From NCBI GenBank assembly GCA_963665745.1, contig OY762443.1:611616-675615 (forward strand): 64,000 bases of DNA, given 5' to 3'. Position numbers and translations under genes: made by a program. The stretch is from Dehalococcoidia bacterium (lineage in GTDB: Bacteria > Chloroflexota > Dehalococcoidia > Lucifugimonadales > VXLM01). Below the pieces are notes generated by a model that saw nothing but the letters and a program-made list of their open reading frames with translations, was not told the DNA's origin and made no database searches. Positions 46,678-54,174 of the stretch are shown here, one piece after another (position 1 is the stretch's first letter; each line of letters begins with the position of its first letter).

Positions 46678-46878
46678 ATGCCAGGCGGACCAGTACCAAA
46701 GAAAAAGCACTCGCGCTCGCGCCGCGGAAAGCGGGCAGCGCACCAGTTCCTCGCCGTCCCGACCCTCGTCGACTGCCCCGAATGCCCGGCCAAGATGAGG
46801 CCGCATCACGTGTGTGTCACTTGCGGGTACTACAACGGGCGCGAGATCGTGCCGAGCGAAGAGATCGAAGTCGAGTAG
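46678..46878 (+). CDS. rpmF: 50S ribosomal protein L32
   Basis: MPGGPVPKKKHSRSRRGKRAAH... plus the Zn-ribbon CPEC..CVTCGYY. Confidence 0.95.
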   Translation: MPGGPVPKKKHSRSRRGKRAAHQFLAVPTLVDCPECPAKMRPHHVCVTCGYYNGREIVPSEEIEVE

Positions 46879-46888
46879 GAGACGACGA

Positions 46889-47848
46889 TTGACGTTGCGG
46901 TTTTCTCCTCCCCCCAAAGGGACCGATACGGCGTTCCTGTTTCCCGGACAGGGGACGCAGAGCGTCGGCATGGGCGAGGAGCTGTACAACAACTCCTCGG
47001 CGGCGCGGGCCGTCTTCCACGAGGTGGACATGGCCCTCGGCCGGCCGCTGACGAGGCTGCTGTTCGAGGGACCTGACGACACGCTTCGCCAGACGGTGAA
47101 TGCGCAGCCGGCGATCATGTCGGTGAGTCTGGCGACGATGCGGGCCATGCAGGACTACCTCGGCGCGGATGCTACGCCGCGTCCGGCTCTCGTGGCGGGC
47201 CACAGCCTCGGCGAGTACACGGCGCTCGCGGTCGCGGGCGTACTGGACATCGGCGAGACGGCGTGGCTCGTGCAGGAGCGCGGCAGGCTGATGCAGGAGG
47301 CATGCGAGAAGCAGTCCGGCAGCATGGCGGCGGTCATGGGGCTGGACGCCATGGCGCTGGAGCAGATATGCCGCGAGACCGGGACGGTCATCTCGACCGT
47401 CAACACGCCGGACCAGATCGTCATTGCCGGGGAGCGTCGCGCACTCGCGAATGCGCTCGACCTGGCGAACGCTCGTGGCGCGAAGAAGGCCGTGCCCCTG
47501 CGAGTCGCGGGGGCGTTTCACTCCCCGCTCATGGAGCCTGCGCAGGCAGGTCTCATCGACGCTGTGGAGAGCCTGAAATTCAAGGACCCGTCCATCCCCA
47601 TCGTCGCCAACTGCACGGCCAAGCCCGTGACCAAGGGCGAGGACGTCAAGCGAGAGCTGATCGCGGGAATATGCAACTGCGTCCACTGGAGCCGCTCGGT
47701 GGACTACATGATGGGCAACGGCGTGAACCGCTTCATCGAGGTCGGGCCGGGCCGGGTGCTGAGCGGGATGGTCAAGCGCATCAACCGGCGGGCGGACGTG
47801 CAGGCCGTGGGCGACTGGGACTCGATCGTCAAGCTCAGCCGCAACTGA
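46889..47848 (+). CDS. fabD: malonyl-CoA:ACP transacylase
   Basis: FLFPGQGTQSVGMG, the active-site GHSLGEYTAL, and VAGAFHSPLM. The TTG start at 46889, 7 nt after AGGAG, was chosen to avoid overlapping rpmF. Confidence 0.9.
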   Translation: MTLRFSPPPKGTDTAFLFPGQGTQSVGMGEELYNNSSAARAVFHEVDMALGRPLTRLLFEGPDDTLRQTVNAQPAIMSVSLATMRAMQDYLGADATPRPALVAGHSLGEYTALAVAGVLDIGETAWLVQERGRLMQEACEKQSGSMAAVMGLDAMALEQICRETGTVISTVNTPDQIVIAGERRALANALDLANARGAKKAVPLRVAGAFHSPLMEPAQAGLIDAVESLKFKDPSIPIVANCTAKPVTKGEDVKRELIAGICNCVHWSRSVDYMMGNGVNRFIEVGPGRVLSGMVKRINRRADVQAVGDWDSIVKLSRN

Positions 47849-47871
47849 TACCCCCTCCCCCACCCACCGCA

Positions 47872-48345
47872 GTGACCTCCACCACCACACTGAACCGACC
47901 GAGCAAGGCCGTCACCCGGCGGAAGGCCCGCGTCATCGCCGTTCAGGTGCTGTACGAGGTGGACGGGTCGGATCACGAGGTGGGGAGCGCGTTGGCAGCG
48001 CGGCTCGACGATGCCGCCGTTACGCCCGACGCGGATGCGTTCACGCGGAAACTCGTGCATGGGGTACTTGCCAACAGGCGGGAAATCGATAAGATAATAG
48101 CCACGCACGCGCCGAACTGGCCTATCGAGCAGATGGCGATGGTAGACCGCAACATCCTGCGGGTCGCCATCTACGAAATCCTGATGGCCGGAGAGACGCC
48201 GCCGAAGGTCGCTATCAACGAGGCGGTGGAACTTGGTAAGATATACGGGGCCGACAGATCGCCGATGTTCGTCAACGGCGTACTCGGCGCGCTGATGCAG
48301 AACAGAGAACACGACGATACGTCGAACACCGCAACGGACGAATAG
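47872..48345 (+). CDS. nusB: transcription antitermination factor NusB
   Basis: [14 protein letters not shown]....., [35 protein letters not shown]......FVNGVLG. The GTG 47872 start is uncertain. Confidence 0.85.
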   Translation: MTSTTTLNRPSKAVTRRKARVIAVQVLYEVDGSDHEVGSALAARLDDAAVTPDADAFTRKLVHGVLANRREIDKIIATHAPNWPIEQMAMVDRNILRVAIYEILMAGETPPKVAINEAVELGKIYGADRSPMFVNGVLGALMQNREHDDTSNTATDE

Positions 48346-48359
48346 GGAGGAACACAACT

Positions 48360-48617
48360 ATGGCAAGTCTCTTGGAACGAGTTCAGGAAGTCGTCGCCGA
48401 CAAGCTGAGCGTTGACACCGAGGAGGTTACTCCCGACGCGTCATTCACCGAAGACCTGAACGCCGACTCGCTGGACCTGGTCGAGCTCATCATGGCCTTC
48501 GAGGAGGAGTTCGGCGACGACGACAACCCGCTCGAAATCTCCGACGAGGACGCCGAGTCCATCACCACCGTCCAGGCGGCCATCGACTACCTGCAGGCCC
48601 ACGGCGCGGGCGAGTAG
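48360..48617 (+). CDS. acpP: acyl carrier protein
   Basis: 85 aa, with the phosphopantetheine site [19 protein letters not shown]. Confidence 0.95.
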   Translation: MASLLERVQEVVADKLSVDTEEVTPDASFTEDLNADSLDLVELIMAFEEEFGDDDNPLEISDEDAESITTVQAAIDYLQAHGAGE

Positions 48618-48655
48618 CGGCGGTTCCACATGATATTGGGAGCTTAGTCGAAGCG

Positions 48656-48691
48656 CCCTCACCCCAACCCTCTCCCGCGAACGGGAGAGGG
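48656..48691. repeat. REP family 1 (CCCTCACCCCAA + CCCTCTCCC-GCGAAC-GGGAGAGGG)
   Basis: Stem at 48668-48676 and 48683-48691. It lies 39 nt after the acpP stop and may act as a terminator. Confidence 0.8.
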
Positions 48692-48743
48692 GGTATGTTG
48701 ACTACACGGCAGTTATTGATACCCGGCACGGCTCCGCGCGGCC

Positions 48744-48844
48744 TTCGACAGGCTCAGGCCGAACGGGGCGTAAGGTTGCTCAGGCCGAACGGGGCGTAAG
48801 GTTGCTCAGGGCGCATGGGGCGTAAGGCTGCTCGGGGCGAACGG
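48744..48844. repeat. REP family 3 core followed by a 26-bp tandem array (about 3.5 copies)
   Basis: TTCGACAGG, then CTCAGGCCGAACGGGGCGTAAGGTTG twice (48753-48778 and 48779-48804), a variant CTCAGGGCGCATGGGGCGTAAGGCTG (48805-48830), and a partial CTCGGGGCGAACGG (48831-48844). The copies are contiguous with no spacers. Confidence 0.9.
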
Positions 48845-48969
48845 AATTGTTTTAGACACATCCTCTACAAACCCTCGTGGGTGATCTGCGTGTATCTTGC
48901 TGCGGCGGGCTTTCCCAGGGAAATGCCCGGGAGCTACGAGAACTCGACTGCTGATCCAGCGGAGACCAG

Positions 48970-49040
48970 ATGCAACATTGTGGCAACATTCGTAGGTGAG
49001 ATCTTCAAGAATTGTTGCATGGTGTTGCATTTTGTTGCAT
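48970..49040. promoter_or_regulatory. repeated module C: convergent ATGCAACA decamer repeats
   Basis: On the minus strand: ATGCAACAAA, ATGCAACACC and ATGCAACAAT at 49040-49011. On the plus strand: ATGCAACATTGTGGCAACATT at 48970-48990. The phasing and flank (TTCCCTCGTT) match module B. Confidence 0.45.
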
Positions 49041-49116
49041 TTCCCTCGTTCTAGAGGAATGCGGGTGTCACACTATGAGCTAGGTTCGTAGGAGAGATTT
49101 CTCAAAAAGCGTTGAT

Positions 49117-49221
49117 TTTGTGACGTCCTGTGACATTTTGGGACATTCCCCTCGTTATCGTAAAGTTGCTCGGCCAGTGACCGCACATACCTATTGTGGG
49201 ACATGCGTTCTTGTCTGTCAA
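49117..49221 (-). promoter_or_regulatory. repeated module B: near-consensus promoter plus three phased 10-bp direct repeats
   Basis: On the minus strand: TTGACA (49221-49216), a 17-nt spacer, then CACAAT (49198-49193). Downstream lie ATGTCCCAAA, ATGTCACAGG and ACGTCACAAA at 49146-49117. Confidence 0.5.
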
Positions 49222-49314
49222 ACCGGAGTGCGACGGAGTAACTGTTCAGTCTTCGTGAGGTGAATCGCGAAGATCCCCTCTCTGTATCTCTCCCCCGGCG
49301 GGGGCTGACAGGGG

Positions 49315-49349
49315 CCCTCACCCCAGCCCTCTCCCACGACGGGAGAGGG
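49315..49349. repeat. REP family 1 (CCCTCACCCCAG + CCCTCTCCC-ACGAC-GGGAGAGGG)
   Basis: Stem at 49327-49335 and 49341-49349. A degenerate relative lies at about 49286-49310. Confidence 0.8.
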
Positions 49350-49388
49350 GGGAGGAGAATTCCTGTATATCTCATCGACTCTGAACAG

Positions 49389-49865
49389 TTAGGCGGTCGA
49401 GTCTTGGATGCTGGGTTCCGCCTTGTTCCTTCGACGCAGGACGATGTAGGTGACGACCGTCGAGGTTATCAGGCTGAGGAGGCCGCCGATGAGGATGTCG
49501 ATGGGCACGAGGACGCCGGGCCAGGTCTTGAACATCAGGAAGATCGGCACGATGTAGGTGGCGTAGGCGGCGCAGCCGAGGACGAAGCTGTTCTTGACCG
49601 CCTTGATGAGGCTGTTCTCCTTCAGGGCAGGCTCGATGGCGAGGTAGCTGTTGCCGAGCGCGATGAGCCCGAGGAACGCGAGCAGGGCGAGGAGCTGCTC
49701 GACTCCCCACATGTCCATCTTCCTGCCGAACTCTTCGCGGAGCACGTCGTTGCCGCTGGCCTCGTAGAGGCTCTCATACATCCCCACCGCGATGGGCGAG
49801 AGGTTCCACCCCACGTCGATGACCGTGTATACAACGAATGCCGCTAGGAATCTGAGGAAGTGCAT
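49389..49865 (-). CDS. integral membrane protein (DUF2177-like)
   Basis: 158 aa with 4 hydrophobic segments. The family assignment is from memory of the N-terminal F..F..Y..ID..W pattern. Confidence 0.55.
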   Translation of the reverse strand: MHFLRFLAAFVVYTVIDVGWNLSPIAVGMYESLYEASGNDVLREEFGRKMDMWGVEQLLALLAFLGLIALGNSYLAIEPALKENSLIKAVKNSFVLGCAAYATYIVPIFLMFKTWPGVLVPIDILIGGLLSLITSTVVTYIVLRRRNKAEPSIQDSTA

Positions 49866-49919
49866 GTTGACCTCGTGGTGTGGGGTTTGGGCTATGGGGG
49901 AATTTGTATCATAGCACGT

Positions 49920-51293
49920 CTACCAAGCCAAGTCCCCTGGCGTCACATTCATCATCCTTCCGGCCTTTTGCACTTCCATCCGGCGGCGTCCCAGCTTCAG
50001 CAACTCTTCTCCTCCAGAACCCCTTAGTGCATCTCCAGGTATGCCCAAAGCCTGCAAGATTGCCACAGCGATTTGCAATGGTCCGGGAGTCACGTAGGGA
50101 TTTAGTGTGCCGGGTGGTTCTTTGGTCTCCGGCGCTATCACAAACGTATCAAGCGAAGTTCCGTCGGGAGTGATGATCTCGTCATCCTGAACTATTGGAA
50201 GCCCAAAAGCCGAGATGTGAGAAAGATAGTTTGGTAAATCAAGGAACGGAATCGTGCGCCAGACGTTTTCAATGTAAGCCTTTATATAGAACGGACCTCT
50301 CACATTTGCATGATCGACCACCATACGGTGACGCTTAATGATCCCTTCACAGGCGTCTAGCATCATATTAAGGTCTAGAATCTTGACCGATTCAAGACCT
50401 CCATTATTGAACATGGAAATGAACTCCTGGCCCGTAGAATAAATATTCCACACCTCATCGTATTCATTTGTCGACAATACTGGTATGGGAAGGGTTACAA
50501 ACGAATGACATTGACGAGAGAATTCCCATGTAAGTACACGATTATAAGGATTATTACCTGCCGTCTGTCTCGCTACGTAACCATCATGCTTGGAGAAAAT
50601 GTTGTCGAAAGGGACTGAGTTTTCTTTCATGACTTCACTGAAGTCAGTCAATTTCCCATCGTACCAATGGCCCATAACTTCATAGGGATCCGATATTATG
50701 CTGAAATGAATAAAAGGCTGATCTTCCTCGCCTTTTGAGACCGTTGGACTCTTCAGTATGCGATCCTCTAATCGCCGACGGGCCTGCTCGCCGCGCCTAG
50801 ACAAAATGTCAAAGGTAACTCGATCTGTTATTGGCCTAGGATCAGAGGAGTCTCCAATACGCACGTATATGCGGCCATCGTTATGAACATAGGGAGTATC
50901 AGGACCTTGAGGTATTTCGGCTGCGACAATTGAGCGCCCTTGCTGTAGGCCTATCGATTCAATTGGCCCTTCGAATACTCGGGTGATGTAGAACACGTGG
51001 GGATGTAGAAGGTCTTTCGCTGCGTTTCTCAAGGCTTCAAGAACTGAGGGCACATCAGAATTTGCAATGCCTGGAAAGCACTCTGCAACATTCTGTTTGG
51101 AACCACTCTTGATTCCAAGGAAATACAATCCGCCGTATTGATTAGCAAAGGAAGATAAGCTTTTTGCCAGAGCACGTGGCTTGATGATTTCGGACTTATA
51201 TTCAACGTACCAGCCTTCATAAACGTCTCTAAGTTCCGTCAAATCAGTTGGAGAAAGATCTACAAGGTTCTCGTCGAAAGGTGTATGTCTCAT
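49920..51293 (-). CDS. AlbA_2 / Schlafen-like (divergent AAA) DNA-binding domain protein with an unassigned ~300-aa C-terminal region
   Basis: N-terminus: EGWYVEYKSEI..ALAKSLSSFANQYGGLYFLGIKSG....IVAAEIPQGPDTPYVHNDGRIYVRIGDSS. The gene is clearly AT-richer than its neighbours by eye. Confidence 0.7.
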   Translation of the reverse strand: MRHTPFDENLVDLSPTDLTELRDVYEGWYVEYKSEIIKPRALAKSLSSFANQYGGLYFLGIKSGSKQNVAECFPGIANSDVPSVLEALRNAAKDLLHPHVFYITRVFEGPIESIGLQQGRSIVAAEIPQGPDTPYVHNDGRIYVRIGDSSDPRPITDRVTFDILSRRGEQARRRLEDRILKSPTVSKGEEDQPFIHFSIISDPYEVMGHWYDGKLTDFSEVMKENSVPFDNIFSKHDGYVARQTAGNNPYNRVLTWEFSRQCHSFVTLPIPVLSTNEYDEVWNIYSTGQEFISMFNNGGLESVKILDLNMMLDACEGIIKRHRMVVDHANVRGPFYIKAYIENVWRTIPFLDLPNYLSHISAFGLPIVQDDEIITPDGTSLDTFVIAPETKEPPGTLNPYVTPGPLQIAVAILQALGIPGDALRGSGGEELLKLGRRRMEVQKAGRMMNVTPGDLAW

Positions 51294-51576
51294 CCTTTTC
51301 CTCGTAAGATTGATTCGTTAGGATAGTGATCTATCTATACTGTACAGTTAGCATTATCACCTTCGGAATAGAAAAAAGAAGCTCCAGGCATTGGAAGCAC
51401 AGTACACATAGGTTCGGCTACAGGGATACTTCCCGGTCACTAGGGTTCTGAAGAACATTGCAGTTGTAATTCCGCGAAGTTTCCACGTTCTATGACCATA
51501 ATGCTATAGATACTCCACTCTAATTGCAAATAGACAGAAATTCCCCCTCACCCCACCACCCACACGCTCCCAGCAC

Positions 51577-51680
51577 CGGCTTGGTGACGATCACGTTGTT
51601 GCCACCTGCGAGTTATCGAGGTGTCCTTCGGTCCCCACTACCAAAGCGAGCATGTCGGCGTCGTCCAGCGGTCGTCCGAG
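51577..51680 (-). pseudogene. decayed, internally deleted remnant of a homoserine kinase (thrB) gene
   Basis: The reverse translation LGRPLDDADMLALVVGTEGHLDNSQVATT* aligns with ThrB LGKPLDNARMLALAARIEGHPDNSAAALYGG. One frame over, NVIVTKP matches the ThrB C-terminus DVIVTKP. About 150 codons between the two blocks are missing. Confidence 0.65.
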
Positions 51681-51792
51681 TTGACATGAGAGACTGGGAG
51701 GTTGTACTGTTCGGGACGCGAACAAATATCCTATTCACAGCAGCACGTTGTTGTTGTACAACACTCACCACACCGAGCAACGGGTGATTGAC

Positions 51793-53157
51793 ATGGTGGC
51801 ACCGAACTTTGTCGATAAGACGATATGGACGGGGGATAACCTCGATATTCTCCGGGGGATGAACTCCGAGACGGTAGACCTCATCTACTTGGACCCGCCG
51901 TTCAATTCGAACCGCGACTACGCGGCTCCGGTCGGAAGCAAGGCGGCGGGCGCGGCCTTCAAAGACACGTGGACGCTCAGCGACCTCGACGTGGCGTGGA
52001 TGGGCCTCATCGCCGATGAGCATCCGGCGATCTATCGCACCATTGAGGCCGCCGGCCTCACGCACGGCAGGGGGATGCAGTCCTATCTCTGCATGATGGC
52101 CGTCCGGTTGCTGGAAATGCGCCGCGTCTTGAAGGACACCGGAAGCATCTACCTTCACTGTGATCCGACGGCTTCTCATTATCTTAAATTACTCATGGAT
52201 GCGGTGTTTGGAGCAACGCAATTCCAAAACGAAATCACTTGGCAACGGACAACGGCGCATAACGATTCGGTTCGTTACGGTAGGAACTCCGACACGATAC
52301 TGTTTTACTCGAATCGCGATCGTTGGACGTGGAATATTCAGTACCAGCCCCACGACGATTCTTATAAGGCCAGATTTCGGCATCGTGATCCCGACGGTAG
52401 AGCGTGGGCCGATGACAACCTCACCGCCAAAGGGCTATCGGGCGGAGGTTACGAATATGAATATAAGGGTGTGACGTCACTGTGGCGTGTGCCATTGAAG
52501 AGAATGCGAGAATTGGATGACGAGGGGAGGCTTCATTTCACAAGTCGAGGCGGCATTAGGGTGAAGAGATACCTCGACGAGGTTAAGGGCAGGCCACTAC
52601 AAGCAGTTTGGGCTGACATCTACGCTATCAACTCCCAAGCGAAGGAACGGATAGGCTACCCCACGCAAAAGCCCCTCGCCCTCCTTGAACGCATCATCGC
52701 CGCGTCCAGCAACCCCGGCGACACGGTGCTCGACCCGTTCTGTGGATGTGCTACGGCGTGCATAGCGGCTGACAAATTGGGCAGGCAATGGGTAGGAATC
52801 GACCTATCTTCGAAGGCCGTGGAACTGGTCAATATGCGCCTTCGGGAGTATATGGGAGACCTATTCCACGATCGGCTTGTTACGGCTCGGACGGATATTC
52901 CCAAGCGGACGGATATTGACGCTCCAATTCACTACCGGAAGAACAAGCACGTCTTGTTCGGGCAGCAGGAAGGCCGTTGCGCGGGCTGTCGCATGGACTT
53001 CCCGTTCAAGGCGTTCGAGGTAGACCACGTGATACCGCGCTCCAAAGGCGGGACGGATCACATCGACAATCTCCAGTTGCTCTGCTCGCACTGCAATCGC
53101 ATCAAGGGGAACCGCGACCAGGCCTATCTCATGGCGCAGTTGTCGGATATGTCGTAG
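51793..53157 (+). CDS. beta-class N6A/N4C DNA methyltransferase fused to a C-terminal HNH endonuclease (copy 2)
   Basis: ORF 51748..53157 trimmed to ATG 51793 (MVAPNFVDKTIW). DPPF, VLDPFCGCATACIAADKLGRQWVGIDL, and the HNH motif CAGC..VDHVIPRSKGGTDHIDNLQLLCSHCNRIKG are present. It is a paralogue of 8081-9517. Confidence 0.9.
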   Translation: MVAPNFVDKTIWTGDNLDILRGMNSETVDLIYLDPPFNSNRDYAAPVGSKAAGAAFKDTWTLSDLDVAWMGLIADEHPAIYRTIEAAGLTHGRGMQSYLCMMAVRLLEMRRVLKDTGSIYLHCDPTASHYLKLLMDAVFGATQFQNEITWQRTTAHNDSVRYGRNSDTILFYSNRDRWTWNIQYQPHDDSYKARFRHRDPDGRAWADDNLTAKGLSGGGYEYEYKGVTSLWRVPLKRMRELDDEGRLHFTSRGGIRVKRYLDEVKGRPLQAVWADIYAINSQAKERIGYPTQKPLALLERIIAASSNPGDTVLDPFCGCATACIAADKLGRQWVGIDLSSKAVELVNMRLREYMGDLFHDRLVTARTDIPKRTDIDAPIHYRKNKHVLFGQQEGRCAGCRMDFPFKAFEVDHVIPRSKGGTDHIDNLQLLCSHCNRIKGNRDQAYLMAQLSDMS

Positions 53158-53183
53158 TACTAATTCGCCTGACCGCGCTCTCT

Positions 53184-53233
53184 GGATTCCCGCCTACGCG
53201 GGAATGACGGTTTGGGGTAGGCGGGAATGACGG
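53184..53233. repeat. REP family 2 hairpin plus an extra right-arm copy
   Basis: GGATTCCCGC-CTAC-GCGGGAATGACGG at 53184-53210, then GCGGGAATGACGG at 53221-53233. Confidence 0.8.
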
Positions 53234-53248
53234 ATTGAGGCCCTGCCG

Positions 53249-54148
53249 TCACCCAACGACCCGCACGCCGGTGGGTGACGGCTTGGTGACGATGACGTCG
53301 CCGTCGACGCCGGCTTTGGAGGCGGCTTCGGCCATTTCGTAGCCGATGGTCATTTCGCGGGCGGATGAGAGGGCTAGGATGGTGGAGCCGGCGCCTGAGA
53401 GGAACGCGCCGTGTGCGCCGGCGTCGAGGGCGGCGCGCATGATGACTTTCATGGGGTGAAAGATCGACTGGCGGGGCGGCTGGTGGAGGCGGTCCTGCGT
53501 GGCGACGGCGAGGCGGTCGAGGTCGCCGGTGGCGAGGGCGTTGACTAGGAGGCCGACGCGGCCCATGTTGAAGACGGCGTCGTGCACGGATATGTCCGCC
53601 GGGAGGACGGAGCGGGCCTCGGCGGTGGGCATGGGCACGTCGGGCACGAAGAGGACGGCGCTGAGGCGCTCCGGTATGGAGACGGTCGAGGTGATGAGGC
53701 GGTCTCCGTCGTGGACGACGACCTGGCATCCTCCGTAGAGCGCGGCGGCGGAGTTGTCGGGGTGTCCCTCGATGCGCGCGGCTAGAGCCAGCATTCGGGC
53801 GTTGTCTAGCGGCTTTCCGAGCAGCTCGTTGGCGGCGACGATGCCGGCGACGGCGGCGGCTGAGCTGCTTCCGAGTCCGCGACCGAGGGGTATCTCGTTG
53901 GTGCAGGTGAAGCGGACGGCCGGCGCGGGCTGGCCCGCCTCCTCGTAGGCGAGCCGGAAGGAGCGGGCAATGAGGTTGTCCGGGCCGGTGGGGAGCTCGT
54001 CGCGTCCGAGTCCGCGTATCTCGAAGCCCGTCGCCCCGGTGTCGACGCGAACGGTGTTCCAGATGTCGAGGGCGATGCCGAGGCAGTCGAAGCCCGGCCC
54101 CATGTTGGCGCTCGTCGCGGGGGCCTGGACGGTTACGCTGTGGGGCAT
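53249..54148 (-). CDS. thrB: homoserine kinase
   Basis: ORF 53249..54418 trimmed to ATG 54148 (MPHSVTVQAPATSANMGPGFDCLG). The GHMP motif PLGRGLGSSSAAAVAG is present. The track ORF's N-terminal extension is translated REP sequence. Confidence 0.92.
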   Translation of the reverse strand: MPHSVTVQAPATSANMGPGFDCLGIALDIWNTVRVDTGATGFEIRGLGRDELPTGPDNLIARSFRLAYEEAGQPAPAVRFTCTNEIPLGRGLGSSSAAAVAGIVAANELLGKPLDNARMLALAARIEGHPDNSAAALYGGCQVVVHDGDRLITSTVSIPERLSAVLFVPDVPMPTAEARSVLPADISVHDAVFNMGRVGLLVNALATGDLDRLAVATQDRLHQPPRQSIFHPMKVIMRAALDAGAHGAFLSGAGSTILALSSAREMTIGYEMAEAASKAGVDGDVIVTKPSPTGVRVVG

Positions 54149-54174
54149 GTGGTTTCTCCGTTTGGTAGAGGGGG

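Noticed and set aside
48744-48844. Possible CRISPR array
   Set aside because: The 26-bp units are contiguous with no spacers. There is no cas gene nearby, and the unit derives from a REP family 3 arm. It is a plain tandem repeat.
48806-49054. ORFs 48806-49030(-) and 48815-49054(+) in the acpP-DUF2177 spacer
   Set aside because: They are overlapping mutual antisense ORFs with no RBS and odd composition. Both are built largely from the ATGCAACA decamer repeats. I treat the region as non-coding.
41281-49232. Interpreting the inverted module A/B pair as the ends of an active composite transposon
   Set aside because: The enclosed segment carries rpmF, acpP, fabD and nusB and no transposase. The similarity ends at different flanks, and I saw no target-site duplication. 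I keep it only as one alternative within the finding.
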